A program made the position numbers and the translations under genes. Source: an uncultured Myxococcales bacterium (lineage in GTDB: Bacteria; Myxococcota_A; Bradymonadia; REDH01). Taken from it: 49,048 nucleotides of DNA. Each line of letters starts with the position of its first letter. The stretch's first letter is position 1. Positions 45,095-49,048 of the stretch are shown piece after piece. A model generated the notes under the pieces. That model saw only the letters and a program-made list of their open reading frames with translations. It was not told the origin of the DNA and searched no databases. The stretch covers positions 1-49,048 of the forward strand of contig CAZFPM010000001.1 of NCBI GenBank assembly GCA_964520965.1, written 5' to 3'.

Positions 45095-46674
45095 CCAGCG
45101 CAGCTCACGTCTCCCCGTCGTCCGCCCTCGAACGCGTGTCATCGCTCTGCGGGCGGCGCGTTCGCGCCCTGCTGATCTGTGCGAGCCTCATGCACCTCGC
45201 GGCGTGCGGTGGGGTGAGTCTGGAGGGCGCTCGGGGGTCGGCCTCCGGCGCGGATGATCTCGTGACGATCCAGAGTCCGCCGCTCGTCGATCCGACCGTG
45301 GCGCCCGGACCCGGAGAGTCCCGGCCCTTCGAACTGCCGGTCGTGCAACGACTCACGCTCGACAATGGCATGGAGGTGGTGCTGGTCGACCGCCCCGGAT
45401 TCCCGACGGTCTCGGCGCGTCTGGGGATTCATGCCGGCTTCGCGTCGACGCCGGAGAACGTGGCCTACCCGGCGCTCGTCGCGCGGCTGCTCCGCGACGG
45501 GACGGCGACGCGCGATGCCGTGGAGATCTCGCGCCTGATCGACCGCAACGGCATCGACTTCCGCACCAACGCCGGTGACGAGTGGACGACGCTCGCCGCC
45601 GACGCACTGGCGACCAAGGCCGACGTGGTCGTCGCCTTGCTGGCCGAGCTGGTCAGCGAGCCCACGTTCCCCGAGGACCGCGTCGCGGCGCGGCGGGACG
45701 AGTACGTCGGTGAGCTGGAGCTCGCCGTCGCTCGACCCGACTTCCACGTCGAGCGGACCGTGCGCCGCGTGCTCTTCCCGGAGGGTCACCCCTTTGCCAC
45801 GCACGCGCCGACCGTCGAGGACGCACGTCGGGTCGCCCGGGTGGAGCTGGCGAGCGTATACGAGATCTTCTACGGGCCGGACATCAGCCGCCTGGTGCTG
45901 GTCGGCGACCTGCCGGACGACATCGAGACCACTGTCCGGGAGGCGTTCTCGGCGTGGACCAACGAGGTCGGCATGGCCTCCGAGGCGCCCGCCGTCACCT
46001 TCACGACCTGCAACGAGGCACACGTCGTCGTGCGTCCGAACAGCGCGCAGACCTCGATCGTGTGGGTCGGACCGGGCGTCTCCGTTCACGAAGACGGCTA
46101 CATCACCGCCATGGTCGCGAACCAGGTGCTCGGCGGCGGCGCGAGTGCCCGTCTGTTCATGAACCTGCGGGAGGACAAGTCGTACACCTACGGCGCGTAC
46201 AGCCGCCTGCAGCAGTTCGACGCCAGCGCCGGATTCAGGGCCAGCTCCAACGTGCGCGGCGAGGTCACGGGCGAGGCGATGGACGAGTTCCTCTACGAGT
46301 TCCGCCGCTTCGCGAGCGAGCAGCTCTCGGAAGACGACTTCGACGATGCGGTCGACTACCTGCGGGGCGTCTTCCCGATCGAATTGCAGACAAACGCGCA
46401 GCTGGCCGGCCGCATCGCCTGGTTGCTCCGGCTCGGCGTCGATCTGTCGTACCTGGAGTCATATCGTGGTCGGGTTGCCGCGGTAGAGGTGGATCCGGCG
46501 GCGGCCCTCGGCGCCGATCTCTTCGACCCGGCCGAGCTCACGATCGTGCTCGTCGGCGAAGAGACCGAGGTGCTTGCCGCGGCGCGCGCGCGGTCGTCGC
46601 GGGTGCACGTCTACGACCTCGAGGGAGAGCTGCTGCGGACGGAGCCGGGCGAGGTCTCGTCGACCTGCGACTGA
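45091..46674 (+). CDS. M16 family peptidase-like subunit lacking HxxEH (non-catalytic partner), lipoprotein
   Basis: ATGA overlap with the upstream stop. Lipobox MHLAAC. M16 fold blocks are present but there is no HxxEH. Confidence 0.8.
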   Translation: MTSAAHVSPSSALERVSSLCGRRVRALLICASLMHLAACGGVSLEGARGSASGADDLVTIQSPPLVDPTVAPGPGESRPFELPVVQRLTLDNGMEVVLVDRPGFPTVSARLGIHAGFASTPENVAYPALVARLLRDGTATRDAVEISRLIDRNGIDFRTNAGDEWTTLAADALATKADVVVALLAELVSEPTFPEDRVAARRDEYVGELELAVARPDFHVERTVRRVLFPEGHPFATHAPTVEDARRVARVELASVYEIFYGPDISRLVLVGDLPDDIETTVREAFSAWTNEVGMASEAPAVTFTTCNEAHVVVRPNSAQTSIVWVGPGVSVHEDGYITAMVANQVLGGGASARLFMNLREDKSYTYGAYSRLQQFDASAGFRASSNVRGEVTGEAMDEFLYEFRRFASEQLSEDDFDDAVDYLRGVFPIELQTNAQLAGRIAWLLRLGVDLSYLESYRGRVAAVEVDPAAALGADLFDPAELTIVLVGEETEVLAAARARSSRVHVYDLEGELLRTEPGEVSSTCD

Positions 46675-46724
46675 TACGGCCCTTCATTGAGACGGCGAGC
46701 TGACTCAGTGAAGGACCGTATGGG

Positions 46725-47552
46725 TCAGCGCGCGTGCGCTTCGAACTCCTCGAGCGCGCTGTGATGGACGAACCCCAGACGCTCGTAGACTCGGAGCGCC
46801 GCGGCGTTGTCGGCCGCGACGTTCAGCGCGACCGCGCACCGGTCGTCGGCGAGCGCCTGGCACGCGCGCGCAGTGACCTGCCGGCCCAGTCCCCGCCCCC
46901 GGCGGTCCGGGTGGGTCGCGATATTGCCGAGCGCGGCGACCTCGAGCTGCGGCGACCAGACGTGTACCCCGGCTACACTGACGAGACCGCCGTCGTGTCG
47001 GAGTCCGTAGTACCTGCGGGTCTCGAGCATCCGCGGATCGAACCAGTTGGCGGGAAACGCTTCGCGGTAGAATGCTCGCACCTCGTCGAGATTCTCCGGT
47101 CCGAGCTCCTCGGCGGCGCTCGTGTCCAGACCGTCGGCCCGCACGGCACCGGGCAACCCCAGCCGCAGGTGCAACCCGTGGGGTTTCAGCGCGTAGCGGC
47201 GCTCCAACACCTCGGCCAGGCCGGGCTCCAGGTGCAGGTAGACGTGCCCAGGGAGTGTCGGCAGGAGTGCGGACACCAGCGTGTGCATGGGGGGGAGATC
47301 GTCGGTCAGCGCCAGGAACGTCGGCGTGCGCAACCCCTCGTAGAGGAGCGCGACCGCATCGAGTTCGCCGCTCGCCGCGCGGTGTCCCCACCAGCGTGTC
47401 TGGGGCCAGAAGAAGTCGTCGAGGTCGCCGATGGCGTAGACCTGACGCACCGGGTCGCGCCGCAGCCATCGTTCGATCTCGCCGCGATCGAACAGCGCCT
47501 CGACCGTCGGGCTCACACGCTCCGCGCCGCGCTCACGATGACACGGCGACAT
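46725..47552 (-). CDS. GNAT family N-acetyltransferase
   Basis: LGNIATHPDRRGRGLGRQVTARAC...ALRVYERLGF (acetyl-CoA motif A). ATG 47552 overlaps the STAS gene end by 20 nt; the alternative GTG 47516 gives no overlap. Confidence 0.85.
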   Translation of the reverse strand: MSPCHRERGAERVSPTVEALFDRGEIERWLRRDPVRQVYAIGDLDDFFWPQTRWWGHRAASGELDAVALLYEGLRTPTFLALTDDLPPMHTLVSALLPTLPGHVYLHLEPGLAEVLERRYALKPHGLHLRLGLPGAVRADGLDTSAAEELGPENLDEVRAFYREAFPANWFDPRMLETRRYYGLRHDGGLVSVAGVHVWSPQLEVAALGNIATHPDRRGRGLGRQVTARACQALADDRCAVALNVAADNAAALRVYERLGFVHHSALEEFEAHAR

Positions 47553-47925
47553 GCGAGCCGGTGAGCGACGACAGGGTCGGGTCCGTATCGACCGTCGTCC
47601 TCTTCGCGAGGTCCGGCGCGTTGAGCACGCGGCTCAGCCCGAGGCGGGAGAAGGCTCGCGACAGGGACTTGGACGCGCCGACGACGTAGAGTCGCTTCCC
47701 TCGCTGTTCGAGGTGGGAGTAGATTCTCACCATTACCGCCAGGCCGTTGACGTCCAACGAGCTCGAGTCGTCGAGCTGGAACACGATTCCGTCGTATTCC
47801 GCGAACCCGTGGAGTGAGAGACCTTCGGCGAAGTCGAAGGCAGTCTCTCCGGTCAACTCGTCTTTGAGCACGATCGGGAGAAGTTTCATCGAGTCGTGGC
47901 CTGGGTCGGCGCGCAGTTCGAGCAT
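47533..47925 (-). CDS. STAS-domain protein (anti-sigma-factor antagonist-like)
   Basis: MLELRADPG..KLLPIVLKDELTGETAFDF...FQLDDSSSLDVNGLAVMV...RGKRLYVVGASKSL. ATG 47925 is preferred over the track start (48108) or ATG 48009, either of which would abut or overlap the divergent sigma gene. Confidence 0.7.
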   Translation of the reverse strand: MLELRADPGHDSMKLLPIVLKDELTGETAFDFAEGLSLHGFAEYDGIVFQLDDSSSLDVNGLAVMVRIYSHLEQRGKRLYVVGASKSLSRAFSRLGLSRVLNAPDLAKRTTVDTDPTLSSLTGSHVAVSS

Positions 47926-48019
47926 GTTCGAACATCCCGCCTCGAACGTCCAGAACGGAACAGAAAAGTGAGAAAGTGAAACGCTTTCGAAACTGACGCG
48001 TAGCACCATATCGAATCCG

Positions 48020-48661
48020 ATGCTGCGCGGAACGATGAGTCCACCACTCCCGATGTTGCGTCCTCCGAGCGAAACGCCCGCCGAAATCGTCGATCTCGAC
48101 GATCGCATGCTGCTTCCGCGGCATGCTCGTGGAGACGCGGAGGCGTTCGCGGTTCTGGTGCAGCGCTATCGGCGCTCCGTGTACGGGTACCTCGTGCGGA
48201 CGTCGGTTCCGGTCGCCGACCGCGACGATCTCTTCCAGGAGATCTTCTGCCGGGTTCATGCCGCGGCCGGCCAATACGAGCCAGACCGGCCGCTCCGGCC
48301 GTGGATCTTCGCGATCGCCGTCAACACGACGCGCAGCTACTTCCGCAAGCGGACCATTCGAGCCGGCACCGAGGTGCGCGACGATCTCGACGGCACCGCC
48401 GCCGCGGGCTCCCATCCGGGCGAGATGCTGGAGGCCAACGAGACCGCCTGCTGGATCGAGGCGGAGATCGCGCGGCTGCCGGACGAGCAGAGAGACGTCG
48501 TCCTGCTGTGCTGTGTCGAGCAGCTCGATCGGGCGAGCGCGGCCGAGGCGCTCGGGATCCCGACCAACACCGTGAAGACGCACCTGCGGCGCGCCCGCCT
48601 CGCGATGGGACGGTCGTTGGCGCGAAGACGTCTCCGCGCGGACCGGGAGGTGAACCGATGA
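48020..48661 (+). CDS. ECF-type sigma-70 family RNA polymerase sigma factor
   Basis: Region 2 (GDAEAFAVLVQRYRRSVYGYL..DLFQEIF, RPWIFAIAVN) and region 4 HTH (ASAAEALGIPTNTVKTHLRRAR). The start is among ATGs 48020, 48035 and 48053. Confidence 0.88.
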   Translation: MLRGTMSPPLPMLRPPSETPAEIVDLDDRMLLPRHARGDAEAFAVLVQRYRRSVYGYLVRTSVPVADRDDLFQEIFCRVHAAAGQYEPDRPLRPWIFAIAVNTTRSYFRKRTIRAGTEVRDDLDGTAAAGSHPGEMLEANETACWIEAEIARLPDEQRDVVLLCCVEQLDRASAAEALGIPTNTVKTHLRRARLAMGRSLARRRLRADREVNR

Positions 48662-49048
48662 ACACCCGCTGCGAACAGGTCCAGGAGCGGATCGCCGATG
48701 CCGGCCTCGACGCCCTTCGCGGCGACGCCGAACTCAACGCGCACCTCGCGGCCTGCGATGCGTGTCACGGCGTCTTGTTGGCGTTGATCGAGGTCGACCG
48801 CGAGCTCGTCGAGCTCGAGGCCCACGACGCGTCGGACGAGCTGGTGGCGGCCACGCTGGCCCGGGTCGCCGGCCTCGACGCGACGAACGTCGTCGACGAG
48901 CCGTCGCTCCCTGTCTCCGCCGTGACCGCCTCCGAGGAGACCACGACGGGGGCCTTCGCGGCCGTCGCCGACCGCGACGCGGTGTCGACGGCGCCATGGG
49001 CCGCCGTGGAGACACCCGACACCGAAAGTGAGGCGCCCGTCGGTCCAC
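48658..49048 (+). CDS. Zinc-binding (HxxxCxxC) anti-sigma factor, partial; runs off window end
   Basis: ATGA overlap with the sigma stop. Own translation: MNTRCEQVQERIADAGLDALRGDAELNAHLAACDACHGVLLALIEVDRE..., containing the zf-HC2 motif H-x3-C-x2-C. Absent from the ORF track because it has no stop in the window. Confidence 0.7.
   Translation, partial: MNTRCEQVQERIADAGLDALRGDAELNAHLAACDACHGVLLALIEVDRELVELEAHDASDELVAATLARVAGLDATNVVDEPSLPVSAVTASEETTTGAFAAVADRDAVSTAPWAAVETPDTESEAPVGP

Overview
High-G+C bacterial chromosome segment. The gene order pilB-pilT-pilC-pilS-pilR-(pilin)-pilA and the protein N-termini are of the Myxococcus type, so a Myxococcota-like source is likely (inference). All family calls come from motif recognition by eye; no searches were run.

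Layout:
(i) 1-10137, minus strand: tightly coupled surface-glycan cluster. It holds a Wzx-like flippase start, three methyltransferase-fold genes, a GT2, UDP-glucuronate decarboxylase, an SDR epimerase and two large orphan polytopic membrane proteins. A 530-bp non-coding element built from mirror-image tandem repeats interrupts it at 7749-8278.
(ii) 10205-12160: TPR-tailed TMTC/PMT-like GT-C membrane protein directly upstream of pilB.
(iii) 12252-21127: type IV pilus core genes with two tandem PilA-type pilins, a near-consensus sigma-54 promoter and upstream TGTC/GTCACC repeats.
(iv) 21247-26965: CCA/poly(A) nucleotidyltransferase; a ferritin-like protein and a secreted protein separated by a Fur-box-like palindrome; an MrfA/YprA-type DUF1998 helicase.
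(v) 27058-29826: giant Cys-rich/Gly-rich lipoprotein.
(vi) 29827-31376: gene-poor islet of visibly lower G+C with one orphan ORF.
(vii) 31377-36681: lipoprotein, S46 peptidase and GH92 mannosidase operon.
(viii) 36823-40056: DUF2058 plus LeuA-regulatory-domain pair, two tandem Arc-like RHH mini-proteins (one absent from the ORF track) and a SerA-like dehydrogenase.
(ix) 40013-46674: two coupled orphan membrane proteins divergent from an M16 peptidase pair.
(x) 46725-49048: GNAT-STAS operon divergent from an ECF sigma / zinc anti-sigma pair.

No rRNA, tRNA, CRISPR array, transposase or recognisable canonical defence system was seen. Most long track ORFs lying antisense to these genes are high-GC artefacts. 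Nothing can be called novel without database searches. The best candidates for something undescribed are the repeat-bracketed element at 7749-8278, the glycan/GT-C/pilus adjacency, the tandem Arc-like pair and the low-GC islet.
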